Shown here: positions 1-12,228 of the stretch, piece after piece
Position numbering within the stretch: position 1 is the first letter of the stretch
Layout: each line of letters opens with the position of its first letter
DNA from: Picochlorum sp. SENEW3
Taxonomy: Eukaryota
Length of the DNA stretch: 64,000 nucleotides
Assembly: GCA_034226945.1 (NCBI GenBank)
Contig: CP120459.1
Span: 806,001-870,000 of the forward strand
Reading direction: 5' to 3'
Notes under the pieces: generated by a model
What the model was told of the DNA's origin: nothing
What the model saw: the letters and a program-made list of their open reading frames with translations, nothing else
The model's database searches: none
Position numbers and translations under genes: made by a program

Positions 1-601
1 GCGTTGGTGCACACCATGACAAAAACCTCCCAACAGGCCTCAGATATGGATTCAGACCCTTCCTCGAGACCCTCTCCAGCGACAGCATGGGTGCTAAGAG
101 CACCATACCATTAAATAAATCTTTGCGCTTCATCACGCAGTGCAGTGCAATGCAACCTCCAAGTGATATACCAGCAATATACATGTTTTCTGTGGGATGG
201 GACGAGGCAACAGTCTCTGCATACTGAATCACATCATCCACATAATCATCAAAAGATTCTACATAAAATCGTAACCCATCTCTTCCCTGAGACAGACCAC
301 ACCCTTGAAGATCAATCCCGCATACTGTAATGCCTTTATTGTTCATAGCCTGAACCCATGAATTCTCATACCGAGGTGCCTGCCCAGGCTCATCAACAGC
401 CAACACTTCAAATTGCAAATGTGCACCATGTCCGTGAACAAATAGTAAAATAGGATCGTTTGCTGATGGATCAGAGGAAGCAGAAGGCCAATAATACGTT
501 TTCAATTCGAGGCCTTGCCTGTTGACAAGCACATCCGTCTTCCCTCCATGGGGACCCATGTTGAAAGCATCGCATGTATCATAGACAGAATCATCCATCA
601 T
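1..601 (-). CDS. Alpha/beta hydrolase, monoacylglycerol lipase/lysophospholipase-like (runs off the window start; absent from the ORF track)
   Basis: Manual translation from ATG 601 is open to base 1: MMDDSVYD...LLFVHGHG...GITVCGIDLQGCGLSQG...YVESFDDYVDDV...YIAGISLGGCIA...GMVLLAPML. HG oxyanion, DxxGxGxS and GxSxG motifs of the Hydrolase_4 family. Confidence 0.85.
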   Translation of the reverse strand, partial: MMDDSVYDTCDAFNMGPHGGKTDVLVNRQGLELKTYYWPSASSDPSANDPILLFVHGHGAHLQFEVLAVDEPGQAPRYENSWVQAMNNKGITVCGIDLQGCGLSQGRDGLRFYVESFDDYVDDVIQYAETVASSHPTENMYIAGISLGGCIALHCVMKRKDLFNGMVLLAPMLSLERVSRKGLNPYLRPVGRFLSWCAPT

Positions 602-818
602 GGCAATGTATACATCTATCTACAAATCAATGTCTACCCGTCCATGACGATGCACCAACCATGTAGAAGAGGAAATACTTTTTCTTAAATGTCTTTATTA
701 CAGACTCTTGCAGGAGCCAATTGGCTGAGATTCCCCCGACAAGAGAAATCCTTGATTGTTAGACATCATGCCGCGTCCTCTAGACGTGATTTCCAGTTGA
801 TAATATATTTTTGTAATC

Positions 819-2470
819 ATGCTGACCACGGTTGGCCGTAAATCGGTGTCTTGGCTGAGCCAACGCCGAGGGTTTGTGGCGAGTGCAGCTGCTGCGGTAG
901 ACGCTGTTGTCGACAAGGCAAACTCTCCATTTCTGAGATTTGGAAACCCTGTTCCTACAGATGTTGGTATGAACCAGTTTTTGCCCCATCTGCCAGAGAC
1001 CAAGGTGCGTGTAGATTGTGTTCGTGCTTTGATGGTCGAATTGACTCACGTCCGTGTATTGACTCGGGTTGGGATTGATGGTAAATATAGGTGACACATC
1101 TGTCGAATGGAATGCGGGTGGTGAGCGAACAGGTTCCAGGGGCAACCACATCGACTGTGGGAGTTTGGATTGATGCTGGAAGTCGATATGAGACTGATAC
1201 GACGAATGGTACTGCTCACTTCTTGGAGCATATGGCATTCAAGGGGACTGAAAAGAGAAGTGTGAAGGATTTAGAGGTTGAGATCGAGAATATTGGGGGG
1301 CATTTGAATGCGTATACATCCAGGGAGCAGACCTGTTATTTTGCCAAAGTGCAGAATGGGCATGTCGGGCAAGCTGTGGATATCCTTTCTGATATTCTTC
1401 AGAATTCAAAATTAGAAGAAAGGGCTATCGAAAGGGAACGAGAGGTGATTTTGAGAGAGATGCAGGAAATTGAGGGTATGCCTGAAGAGGTTGTGTTTGA
1501 TCACTTGCATGCCACTGCATTCCAACACAGTCCTCTGGGACGGACGATTCTTGGTCCAGCTGAGAATGTGAGGGGTATTACACGTGAGAATTTGGTGGAT
1601 TACATCTCAAAGAATTACACAGCTGACCGAATGGTGATCGCTGCTGCTGGAGGGGTGGATCATGATACTCTTGTCAAGGCAGCAGAAAAGCACTTTTCAA
1701 AATTACCAGAAAAGGGTGTATCTACAGCCGAGTTGGTGAAGAATGAGCCAGCAGTGTTCACAGGAAGTGAAGTGAGATTGAGGGATCCAGATCAGCCTCT
1801 TGTGCATCTTGCCATTGCTTTCCAAGGAGCATCATGGAGTGATCCTGACTCCATCCCGCTCATGGTGATGCAGACAATGCTGGGCACCTGGGACAAGCAT
1901 TCCGCTGCTGGGAGACACACTGGGTCCAAACTTGCTGAATTGATCGCGACAAACAATTTGGCCAATTCCATGATGGCATTCAATACAAACTATCATGACA
2001 CTGGGCTCTTTGGTGTGTATGCCACAGCTGACCCAAAGACGAGCAATTTGGAGGATTTATGCTGGGGTATTATGCGTCATACGTCTGGAATGTGCTACAA
2101 TGTTTCAGAGTCGGACGTGGCAAGGGCTAAAAACCAGCTCAAGGCATCCATTTTGTACTCCCAGGATGGAACCACAGGTGCTGCAGAAGATCTGGGCAGA
2201 AGTATGCTTGTATACAACCGTCGTATCCCTCGTGCTGAATTGTTTGCTCGTATTGATGCCGTGGATGCAACAACAATCAAGGAAATTGCACAGAGGTTTA
2301 TCCTGGACCAAGACATTGCAGTAGCAACTCTAGGAAACACACAATGTACGAGTCATTTTAAAAGTCGAATCAATGAACCCATGTGCTCACATTCATGTAT
2401 TCTTTTTGTTAATGCAGTTATGCCCGACTACACGTGGCTTCGAAGAAGAACATACTGGCTGCGATACTAG
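819..2470 (+). CDS. MPPB: Mitochondrial processing peptidase beta subunit (M16); exons 819-1004, 1091-2345, 2418-2470
   Basis: Arg/Ser-rich presequence; GTAHFLEHMAFKGT (HxxEH); LNAYTSREQT; C-terminus ..RRRTYWLRY; GT-AG introns 1005-1090 and 2346-2417 give a coherent frame. Confidence 0.95.
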
Positions 2471-2574
2471 GGTGATATATTGGTGCTCCTTTCCCATGAT
2501 GGCTCAGGAGTACACTGTGGCAGAAAATGGGGTGGACGTGTCATGAAATCTGATTTGTTTCTTTTCTAACGATG

Positions 2575-2579
2575 TGTAA
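2575..2579 (+). promoter_or_regulatory. TGTAA chlorophyte polyadenylation signal (example; also at 9269, 19313, 31465, 35240 after + strand genes)
   Basis: TGTAA recurs shortly downstream of several stop codons; UGUAA is the established green algal poly(A) signal. Confidence 0.6.
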
Positions 2580-2815
2580 TAACAATTTGTCCACTCCGTG
2601 GAATTCACATGTCGCTCTGGCCTTCCATGTCATGGAAGCAATATGTTGCAAGAGCAGAGATGTGTGCCTGCAGTGACTCGAATCCCACAAAACAAAAAGA
2701 CATTTTCAGGCTGCCCGCACATACTCTGAATTTCAAAAAGATTTTCAAATATGGATTCATCGAAGCTAGAATAATTCAAGCTTCTCGTGGTTAGAAAGAA
2801 AGGGTCGATTTCGAA

Positions 2816-5083
2816 ATGAGCGATGTTGAAGAAGAGCCCCAAGGCGGGTCTTTCGGGGTTTTAGATGAAAAGAGTTTATCATCAAGAGTGATAATAAGCC
2901 AATGGTGCACCACGATGGATATTGTGGTGCTCGTAACGGAGAATGGCCAGTTGCAGTTATTCAGACTCAACTGGGAACGGTTGTGGAGTAAACAGCCAGA
3001 GTCTCCTATTACGTGTGTTCAATGGAGACCTGATGGGAAACAACTCGCGTATGGTGACGAAAATGGTGATGTATTCATCTTGTCTGCTGAGGACGGATCG
3101 GTCGTGGAGCATCGGAAAGTGATTGGCGATGGGAGGAAGGCATCTGCTCTGTGTTGGGTTCAGTATGACGTCTCACCGCACTATTCACATGTTGGTGCCC
3201 CGCTCGGGTATCGGGCTCCGCAACTTTTACATTCAAAGAGTATTGAAGAGGAGTTTAATAAATCCTCTGAAGAACCCCGATACTCGAATCCAATTTTATT
3301 GGATGGGAATGGACAATCTATCAGATCAAGCATGCTCACCCTTGTGTGTGCTGTTGATAATGTGGGGAATGTTGTTTTGTGTGGAGAAGGACTGCTTCCG
3401 TTACTTACGTTTCACATTGATGGGTTTGATGAGAAGGCGACGCATGTGTCGATGGCCATGTCATCCAATGCAGAACAAGTTTCCGTCTCATGGAGAGATG
3501 CACATGGCAGTCTGTGTCTGTCTACGTTTGATATCTCTGCCGTGCCTCGCCAGGCAGTCACACTACACACTGTAGGACTCATATTTTCAGATACATTGAG
3601 GGATATTGAGATGCTATACAAAATTATCCAAAATATCAAGGATGATGTGGCTTCTGTTGACGAGAGTAGGGACAGTCATATGAGTGTTCTTCGGGATATG
3701 ATTGGAGGGTTTCGAGACGGTGAAAAAGATATTTATGACTTAATGATACGGGGATATTATTCTTTGGAACTTAAGAATTTTGTGGCCAAGGAGTCAGATC
3801 TGAAAGAGGCCGCGAAAGGAGTCGATGTTGCAATATCAAGAGTTTGTAATGATATTGTACGGTATCTGCAGCCTTGCCTGGAAAGGATATCGTTTCGATT
3901 AGGTGAGCTCAGAGGATATGCTTCGAGTCCAATGTCCAAGCCATATTTAGGGTTAAAAGTGTGGGAGATTGGAAAATGTGAAAAAAGAATTCTCAACCTT
4001 TTATTGCTGTCAGAGCACCTGAGAGAAGTTGCCCTGAAATCTGCCCGGTCGCATAGGAAATTGTACACATATTTCGCGATGCTGAGTGCTCGTGATTTGG
4101 GTGACAAATACCCGAGTCTATCAAAGGCTTCCATGAGTGAGATTGAAGATTTAATCACGTCTGGATATTTCAAGGAGGATTTGCAATCCATGCTCGGTGC
4201 CATGGTAGGGGAGCATGACAAGGATGACCAGGAGCTTTTGGCGTGCATTTTAAAGTCACAATGTGAAATGAAAGAAGCATCTATGAATAGCATGGGAAAT
4301 ATTCATTCTTCACTGCAAGAGAGCGATGCCAATGAGCAAGAGGAGGATGCCATGTTTGAGCGTGTGTTGCATGACCTTGAGAAATGGCTTGATGGGGATG
4401 AGTCTCTGAACTACGTGGATAGGCTTATTGAGGAGTCAACAGAGGAATCCGTGCCTTATGGGATATATGGTGTAGACTGCTTCAAAGCCATGTTTCTTCA
4501 CATCATATCCAGGCCATGTGACCAGCTCTCCTCCTTTGTGAAAATGATTCATCAGTGGGCATTGATGCCTACTATCGGCTCCAAAGATTGTCTTTCTATA
4601 TTATACGATCAAGAAGATAAGATTTTGGTGACATTCACGTGTTTCGAGTCATCATCTTTCTGCGAGATACAGATCAGGGATCCTGCTCACATGACAATCA
4701 TTGGTGGCAGTCTTCCAGGGGAATCCATCACCGAATGTTTGGACTATAAAAGCGAGTCTTTACTCATTGCGTCGGTTGTAGATGGGGGCTCATACCTCTA
4801 TATGATTCCGAAAACCCATTGTCCATATTCTCATACAGCTAGCAAATGGACGGATGAAATAGCACATGCCCTCCAGCAGGAGATTGAACAGTCCCCCATT
4901 GACCACACAGCATGCAGGACACTGCATGAACCTTCAAAACAGATGATACCACCATTTGCTTCCAGTTCCTCGAGAGGAGTTGCACTGGCAATATTCAAAC
5001 CTAATCATGCTGTGATATATGACCTGGAGGACGATGGCCTCGAAGAAGATGAGATGGAGGAGAGTTACGAAGATGACGAATGA
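2816..5083 (+). CDS. APC4: Anaphase-promoting complex subunit 4
   Basis: N-terminal WCTTMDIVVL...LFRLNWERLW...WRPDGKQLAYG matches the ANAPC4 WD40 region; helical middle with LERISFRLGELRG; 755 aa, intronless. Confidence 0.85.
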   Translation: MSDVEEEPQGGSFGVLDEKSLSSRVIISQWCTTMDIVVLVTENGQLQLFRLNWERLWSKQPESPITCVQWRPDGKQLAYGDENGDVFILSAEDGSVVEHRKVIGDGRKASALCWVQYDVSPHYSHVGAPLGYRAPQLLHSKSIEEEFNKSSEEPRYSNPILLDGNGQSIRSSMLTLVCAVDNVGNVVLCGEGLLPLLTFHIDGFDEKATHVSMAMSSNAEQVSVSWRDAHGSLCLSTFDISAVPRQAVTLHTVGLIFSDTLRDIEMLYKIIQNIKDDVASVDESRDSHMSVLRDMIGGFRDGEKDIYDLMIRGYYSLELKNFVAKESDLKEAAKGVDVAISRVCNDIVRYLQPCLERISFRLGELRGYASSPMSKPYLGLKVWEIGKCEKRILNLLLLSEHLREVALKSARSHRKLYTYFAMLSARDLGDKYPSLSKASMSEIEDLITSGYFKEDLQSMLGAMVGEHDKDDQELLACILKSQCEMKEASMNSMGNIHSSLQESDANEQEEDAMFERVLHDLEKWLDGDESLNYVDRLIEESTEESVPYGIYGVDCFKAMFLHIISRPCDQLSSFVKMIHQWALMPTIGSKDCLSILYDQEDKILVTFTCFESSSFCEIQIRDPAHMTIIGGSLPGESITECLDYKSESLLIASVVDGGSYLYMIPKTHCPYSHTASKWTDEIAHALQQEIEQSPIDHTACRTLHEPSKQMIPPFASSSSRGVALAIFKPNHAVIYDLEDDGLEEDEMEESYEDDE

Positions 5084-5124
5084 CAAGATGTACATGAGCA
5101 AATAAATAAATAATTGTGCAACCA

Positions 5125-6579
5125 TTAGCCCATCAGTGTATTTGAGTTTTTCCGTGATGACAATAAACTCACTTCCTGCTGCAGTAAATCTGACAAAGAG
5201 TTTGGCTTTGTTACCTCCCGTAATGCTGGACTATTCAACCGGTCTATTGACGATACTTTTTGAAGAGTCTCTTGTATCTCTAGATCAAGATCGCCGCTAT
5301 TCTTAGGCTGAATCGAGGACTGCTGCTGCATTCGATGTTCATTGAAATACCCAGACAGCCCCATGGCCACTGCCCCAAATATTGCTAAAACCAGCCCCAA
5401 CGTCAGAAGAACGAGCGATCGATGTGGTAAATTCTTCATTTCATCAAAATAAATCATCCCTTGCAGGACACTCATTCCCAACCAAAACGCCTGCATCAAC
5501 GGCATGATCAACGTTGCTGGATACAACTTCAATCCTTTATCACTCTGTCGAATCCAGAAACCCGCAGATATGATGAATGACATCACGATCAACCATGTAT
5601 ACCAATCATACAAAGAATATGGCATGGCTCCAGCTATATACGTCAGAGACTTGCTAAAAAGCACAGACCATGCCCCAACAAATGAAGACACAGCAGAGAA
5701 CAGCAATGCAGCAGTAAACATTCTAAGCGTGCTAGGATCACCAGGATCTTCAATCAAATCAGTCTCATTCGACCCAGGAATATCCCAAATTGCAGTACCT
5801 CCTGGGAACAACTCCTTCCCATCCACAAAGAATTGCTCTCGACTCTTCCTCCGAAGCCTCTGCACAGCACTCCTCTGCGCTGCTTCAGCAATCCGCCGTC
5901 TATGATGGATCCATCTCCAAAGAACATGAAGCATGGCCATTGTACATCCTAGTCCTAACAAAAATTTCTTCATTTCTGGCGTCGACCACTGCCCTCTCAA
6001 TTCCAGCGGGGTAAACCCAACCTCTGGCGGCCCATTCATCAATATAAATACATTTCCCACCAACACAACTCCCACCCCAATGGCAGTGGAAATCTCTGGC
6101 TGAATACCAAGCAGCTGCTTCGAAGCAACTGGAATCACCACAAACTGCAACGACCCCAACCCAGACAACACAGTCTGTGACGCAAATCTCATGCTCACAA
6201 ACCTCATCAAATTCCCAATACCAAACAACGTCCATCCTAACAGAGAATACATCTTGGCACCCATGTACTGTCTCTTCCACCTCCCATCAGGCCTCTTCCA
6301 TCGAGGCCCATTCACACTCTGACTCCCATGGAATCCATTCATCCCACCTGGTCCTCCCCCAGACACTGGCGGGGACACAAGACTACCACTCAAACTCCTT
6401 CCATGGTGATACTGACCACCACCATGCCCCTGAAGAGTCCATGAATTCCCAGCCATGGACGATTCCACAATGCAGTGAGACACTTTGACCACCGTCTGCC
6501 CATACACAATGAGCAACGACCCAGCCACGTGCATCATCGCCCCCACACCATTCATATTAATATGCATTGGCCCAACCAT
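5125..6579 (-). CDS. NIPA-family (DUF803) Mg2+ transporter-like membrane protein
   Basis: Multiple TM helices; GWTLFGIGNLMRFVSMRFASQTVLSGLGSLQFV and KGLKLYPATLIMPLMQAFW...GMIYFDE are typical of NIPA. Confidence 0.8.
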   Translation of the reverse strand: MVGPMHINMNGVGAMMHVAGSLLIVYGQTVVKVSHCIVESSMAGNSWTLQGHGGGQYHHGRSLSGSLVSPPVSGGGPGGMNGFHGSQSVNGPRWKRPDGRWKRQYMGAKMYSLLGWTLFGIGNLMRFVSMRFASQTVLSGLGSLQFVVIPVASKQLLGIQPEISTAIGVGVVLVGNVFILMNGPPEVGFTPLELRGQWSTPEMKKFLLGLGCTMAMLHVLWRWIHHRRRIAEAAQRSAVQRLRRKSREQFFVDGKELFPGGTAIWDIPGSNETDLIEDPGDPSTLRMFTAALLFSAVSSFVGAWSVLFSKSLTYIAGAMPYSLYDWYTWLIVMSFIISAGFWIRQSDKGLKLYPATLIMPLMQAFWLGMSVLQGMIYFDEMKNLPHRSLVLLTLGLVLAIFGAVAMGLSGYFNEHRMQQQSSIQPKNSGDLDLEIQETLQKVSSIDRLNSPALREVTKPNSLSDLLQQEVSLLSSRKNSNTLMG

Positions 6580-7372
6580 GATTCACATCCATCTATCGAC
6601 CTCAATCCTCACATATCAATGCAGTCAACACGCTTGGGACTTCCTAAAGCGATTTCAGGATCCTCTTGTAGCATCCCTGGAGATCTAAATCGTATACTAT
6701 GTATCCTGTGAATTTTGTATGGCGATGATTCGTGAATAGAACAGCATGAACATGTCGATGCAAAAATATTCAATTCAGGAGATACGGAATTAAAGATATG
6801 TTCTAAATCCGTATATCCCGATTTAAAGAATATTCTGTGCATGACTCCGTCGCTGTTACCGTTACTACCCACGACGCCTACGTCCCTGCATTGCGTATTA
6901 AATCAACAAAATAAACTAGAATAATTTTTGCATATTTGTGTGTTGTGAGACGGAGAGGCCTCCCCGTTGGATTTGTCTTTCGGGGTTTCAAGTTTCATCT
7001 CTCGGACGACCTCTGACTCGGGTACCTCTGCGAGTGGGACAGAAATACGGTGCACTAAAAGCTCGATATCTTGTATTCAGAAGGTATGTGTTGTGTTTGG
7101 TGGGAAGGTGTGCGTGGCGACATCTCGGGCGTCTCTGACACGTTGGCGACGGTCGAGTGTTTTGCGTCATCTTGTCACGATATTGGTTGATTTTGTTGTA
7201 TTATTGAACGTTTGTTGTTGTTTTCTGGGAAGACATGCGTGTACTAATGTTCACATATCGTCTTTACAGGATATGACCTTGGTCTTCTTGGAGGCGAGTG
7301 TTTGAAGGAGACGAGCTGGTTGCTTTTTGATCAAGTCGAGTAACGAATAAAAAAGGAAATACGGTGATAGTG

Positions 7373-9235
7373 ATGGCGACGCAGCCGCCGCTGCCCAGGA
7401 CGCAGAGCAATGCGAGTGGAGAAGCTGGGTCTTTGGGTACAAACGGGAGTGGTAGTTTTGGTGCACATGGGATGTCGTTGTCTCAAGGGGGGAGTTCGCT
7501 TCCAATATCTCAAGGACTGAGCAAATCTTTTACACGAAGAGAGAGTTCGCGAGGGAGTATGTTGATGAGGAGGCAGAATGCACGGCAGGATGCGCTCGAC
7601 AGTTTTTTGTCAACACTTCGCTCAAGGGGTACGATTGATGTCGACCAGGACGGTTTTATCGACAGCATGAGAGAGCATTTTGAACTTTTACCATCGAGAT
7701 ATGCGACGAATGTCAACACGAATTCTTTGGATGTATTGAATCACAAGAGATTGTTGGATAGTGCAAGGTCAGATCCTACTGCAGTGTCATTTCAAGTTCG
7801 TTCTGTCGATGTGATGGGCTTGCATAGTACCAAGTCGTACGGTAGTTTTGGGTCACAAGCGAATTCGTATCAGCATTTGAGGGCCATTGGTGAGATATCG
7901 CCACAAAAGTCATCACTCCCTCGCCCAGCGTTTGGGTCCTCTCCCAATCTGCAGGCTCTTGTGTTTGAAGTGGAGGATAAGCAGGATGGTGATAGTTCGT
8001 TGCTCAATTTTTATGAAGTGACAATTGCGTCTGTGGATCAGTCAAAGTTATTAAGTAGGCTGTCTGAGTGCCTTAGTGATATTGGCTTGAACATTTGCGA
8101 GGCACATGCATTTAATACAAAAGATAGGTTTGTGCTGGATGTTTTCCTGGTGAATGGTTGGCAAGATAAGGGTGGTGTGGATGCGCTGGAAGATGTGCTG
8201 AGTGCAAGATTGCAGGAACTGCCTCCGCCAGGATTGGATGGGAGGACAGATTCTGATCTTGTAAGCATGCCGACACGGGATAGGTTGGCATATCAGGAAT
8301 TGGAAATGCGTGTTCCAAAGGAGGAGTTAGAGCTCATGAAGAGGAGTACGCAAGATGATGATTGGGAAATAGATCCGGGGGATATTGCATTTCATGATAG
8401 AATTGCGAGTGGAGCATTTGGAGACTTGTTCAAGGGAACATATTGTGGCCAAGAGGTGGCCATTAAGATTTTGAGGGGAGTGCAGAATGATTCGGTTCAA
8501 TATCAGGAATTTTTACAAGAAGTTGCAATTATGCGAAAAGTTAGACATAAAAATGTGGTACAATTTATCGGTGCCTGTACTAAGAAACCACATTTGTGCA
8601 TCGTTTTTGAATTTATGAAGGGAGGGTCGGTGTATGACCATTTGAGAATATCAGGCTTGTATTCCACGACTCATGTGTTAAGGATAGGTTTGGAGGTGTG
8701 TCGTGGCATGGATTATCTGCACAGGCGAAATATTGTTCATAGGGATTTGAAAGCAGCAAATTTGCTATTGGATGAATATGGAACAGTAAAGATTGCAGAT
8801 TTTGGTGTGGCACGAGTCATGGATTCTCCAGGCATCATGACGGCAGAAACTGGAACGTATCGATGGATGGCGCCAGAAGTTATAGAGCATAAGCCATATG
8901 GGCAAAAAGCTGATGTATTCTCGTTTGGTATTGTGCTGTGGGAGCTTCTCACAGGCAAAGTCCCATACAGTGAGATGACACCATTGCAAGCAGCAGTAGG
9001 TGTTGTGCAAAGTGGACTTCGACCTGAAATACCCCCACAATGCCCAGCTCAACTTGCAGATATTATGAGGCTTTGTTGGCAGCGGGATCCGTCTGTGCGT
9101 CCTACGTTTGAGGTGCTGAAGAACAAATTCGAAGCCATGTACGAAAAGTCAAAAGAGGCGCCCAGTGATTCACACGCAACACCACTCAAGGACAAGAAGG
9201 GGTTTCTTGGGCGCCTGAGACAGCCCAGAACGTAG
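7373..9235 (+). CDS. ACT-domain Raf-like Ser/Thr/Tyr kinase (STY8/17/46-like)
   Basis: HFELLPSRYA; ACT domain (KLLSRLSECLSDIGLNICEAHAF); kinase motifs VAIK, HRDLKAANLL, DFG, GTYRWMAPE. First ATG is 7373. Confidence 0.92.
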   Translation: MATQPPLPRTQSNASGEAGSLGTNGSGSFGAHGMSLSQGGSSLPISQGLSKSFTRRESSRGSMLMRRQNARQDALDSFLSTLRSRGTIDVDQDGFIDSMREHFELLPSRYATNVNTNSLDVLNHKRLLDSARSDPTAVSFQVRSVDVMGLHSTKSYGSFGSQANSYQHLRAIGEISPQKSSLPRPAFGSSPNLQALVFEVEDKQDGDSSLLNFYEVTIASVDQSKLLSRLSECLSDIGLNICEAHAFNTKDRFVLDVFLVNGWQDKGGVDALEDVLSARLQELPPPGLDGRTDSDLVSMPTRDRLAYQELEMRVPKEELELMKRSTQDDDWEIDPGDIAFHDRIASGAFGDLFKGTYCGQEVAIKILRGVQNDSVQYQEFLQEVAIMRKVRHKNVVQFIGACTKKPHLCIVFEFMKGGSVYDHLRISGLYSTTHVLRIGLEVCRGMDYLHRRNIVHRDLKAANLLLDEYGTVKIADFGVARVMDSPGIMTAETGTYRWMAPEVIEHKPYGQKADVFSFGIVLWELLTGKVPYSEMTPLQAAVGVVQSGLRPEIPPQCPAQLADIMRLCWQRDPSVRPTFEVLKNKFEAMYEKSKEAPSDSHATPLKDKKGFLGRLRQPRT

Positions 9236-9291
9236 ATATTATATAGAAGTCTGTTTTCACATTCGTTATGTAAATAAATAAATCGCTACAT

Positions 9292-12228
9292 CTATGTGGA
9301 AGGCGAGTCCTGATCGTCTTCCTGATCAGGGAAGAGCATTTTGAGTCGCAGAGCAGCTTCTGATTGAATCCGTGTCAAGTTTCTCGGTCCTGACGGTGTG
9401 ATATGAATATCTGGTACCTTATCTAGACTCTGCTCTTTGATTTCTTCCCTGATCTCAGGGGCAGCCGTGTCCTCAGGAATCGCCATGTCCTGATCATGCA
9501 TATTGTACGCTGGTGAAATGCCTCTGTCTATAATAGATGAGTCGGAAGCCTCCCCCTCACTATTACTTCTATGATCATCATCAGGCTTCAAATCCTTGGC
9601 ATCTGATGCCTCTTTATCGTCTTTATCATCTTTCGTAATACTCGGACGAGTTGCAACAAGATTTAAGGAACCGTCATGTTGCAATTCAATTTGCTCATCA
9701 CAAGAGCTTTCGCTCCCGCCGAGATCCAAATCAAGAAGCTGGAAGTTCCCAAACAGCTGCACATCATCCTCTGGCTTGTCCTCCACATTTACAAAGTTCA
9801 TCGACTGTGATTTTTTCATCGTGGTGTTCAGGCTCGGGAAATGTGGTTCTGGGAATGCATGGGCTCGCTCCAAAGCCACCTCGTCTTCTGGCGAAGAACC
9901 ATCTGCTATGTATCTTTCTGGCATATAACGCTCAGGACTCGCTCCGGAGGGTGGCGCTTTATTTGGACTTCGACTTCCATACCAACCATGGTGACTCTTA
10001 GAATGCTGCATCCTCCTGTGCATTGAAATAGGCTTGGTATCTTCAACCGCATTTCCCAAGTTCTTTGTTGTTGTCGGATTAGATTGTACTGAATCCATAT
10101 CACTCATGTCTCTCACAGATGTGTTACCAAATACTTTTCTAGCAACAGCACGCTTACGAAGCACACTTTTCGATAGAGAACTATCATCAGCTCCGTCATC
10201 ATTTCCTTCCTTTGGAGGAGAAAACCTCTCCCTCGCCTTTTGCACAAGGACTCCAATCCATCGAGGTAGATGCAAGATAGCATACATCATAAGACCCGCA
10301 ATGACTCCATATGCGATTGAAAATGTGAATGGCATAATGATGATTGTCAGAAAGGCAGGTATGGATTCATACACATCATCCCACTGAATGTGGTCCACAT
10401 GGGCAATCAGCATAATGCCCACAAGGATCAAAGCAGCACCAGTCGCGTATGGCGGAATGGAAGAAAATATTGGACTGAAGAAGAGAGAAACAAAAAAGAA
10501 CATCGAGATGACAATGGGCACGATACCTGTGCGCCCACCCTCTTCAATCCCCGCAGCCGATTCTAGATACACATTGACTGGGCTGATTCCCATCATACTG
10601 CACACAATAATACCGAGACCATCGGATAAAAAGGCCCATTGCTGTCCTTTAAATTCCTTCTTCTCAGATACAAAATGAGGATATGGGTTTGGTTCTACTC
10701 CACCATTCATTTCAGCCAGATTAGCTTTAATGTTCTTCACCTCCTCCAAATCATGCACATCGTAATAGTCCATCTTCATGTAATCATCCAACAGGTACGC
10801 CATGGATAACAATATCCCCGTGCAATCCAAAATATCAATATATAATAGGGTGAACAGCACGAGCCAAAAGTGACCATTCCCCACAGCAGACCAATCCCAC
10901 TGAAGCCCTGTCCCTGCAAGGGTCGGGGCAGCAACAACCTGTTTGAACGTTTCCATTCGTATGGCTCCACCAGGTATGGACGATCCAGCTCCAAGATACG
11001 ATGCCGCATGTCCGGGAATCCACGATATAATCGTCACAAAAGCGACGCCGATGAACAAGGCACCTTTCACGCGCCACGCTGTCAACAAGGACATGATAAC
11101 TCCTCCTGCAATCCCCAACCACATTGTCGCTGATCGCATTTCATTCGAGGCACATGCATACACAGTCGCAGACGCTTCATCAACATCCGAAGGCGTTATA
11201 TTACTCAGTATTGAAACCGCGCTCCTCTCCAAATCGTTCAGTCCTGTGAAATTCCCTGGCAAAAAGTTGGTCGAGGCTACATAAATGTACAACCTATCCT
11301 CTGGCGGGCAGCCCCCAAGCGTCGTCAACGTCGTCCCATCAAATACAACAACACCCAGATTCCTCAATCCTGTATATGCAAGCAGCAAACCCATCCCCAC
11401 TGATCCAGCAAATGCAATATTCGCTGGCATGTATCTCATAATCCCTCCTCGTATACCCGACACAGAGAGTGCAATGAATATAAAGCCTTCTATAAACACT
11501 GCAACCAACGCTTGCTGATACGTCAACGTCTCTTGACCGACAACCTGGTACGCAAAGTAAATATTAATACCAATACCAGGGGCCAAGCCGAGAGGCAAAT
11601 TTGCAAAGAACCCAATGATGAAACACGATATTAATGATGCAGCTGCTGTCGCCGTCGTCAGACTCAATCTCAACTCTCCCATACATTCAACAGCTTTTGG
11701 ATTCGAAGTCGTAAACAAACACGCATACCCTCTCAAATCATACTCCTCTTTGTAGCACATGGTGGCTGGATCACAGGTACCAGCCGTTGTTTCCAATATC
11801 TGAGGGTTCAATGCCAACACATACGCAATCATCAAGAATGAAATCGTCCCAGCCCGAAATTCCGTCGTAAACTTGGCCTTTCGAGCCTTGAATGCAAAAA
11901 ATCGTCCAATCTACACCAACAACACAGTCACAATCACCACGGATTGTATGAAAAGACAGGCTGTACAATGCAGAACACATACCCAATTCCTTCGAGCCCA
12001 TTCGTTCATCCTATGAAACACCCTATCAAATTTCGACATTACATCTTCCACACCATCCTTCAAGAACGACACGCTCCCTCGAGCATACGACGCACTTCCA
12101 TTACTGGCCCGTCTGAGAAACCCAAAGTGCTGTCCACCGAAAAGCTTCCCCGCCGATAATCCTTCATCCGCCCCATTCATACCCCGGCTTGAATTCCCCT
12201 TTTCAACTTCTGAAAACGTATCCCCCAT
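9292..12228 (-). CDS. AzgA/AZG-family adenine/guanine permease; exons 12228-11983, 11910-9292
   Basis: Splicing the 72-nt intron 11911-11982 gives ..FTTEFRAGTISFLMIAYVLALNPQIL; ANLPLGLAPGIGIN; YLESAAGIEEGGRTG; IPAFLTIIIMPFTFSIAYG. Confidence 0.9.

Noticed and set aside
7084..7269. Possible 5'UTR intron (GTATGT..TTACAG) upstream of the STY kinase
   Set aside because: Plausible splice signals but unverifiable without transcripts, so not listed as a feature.
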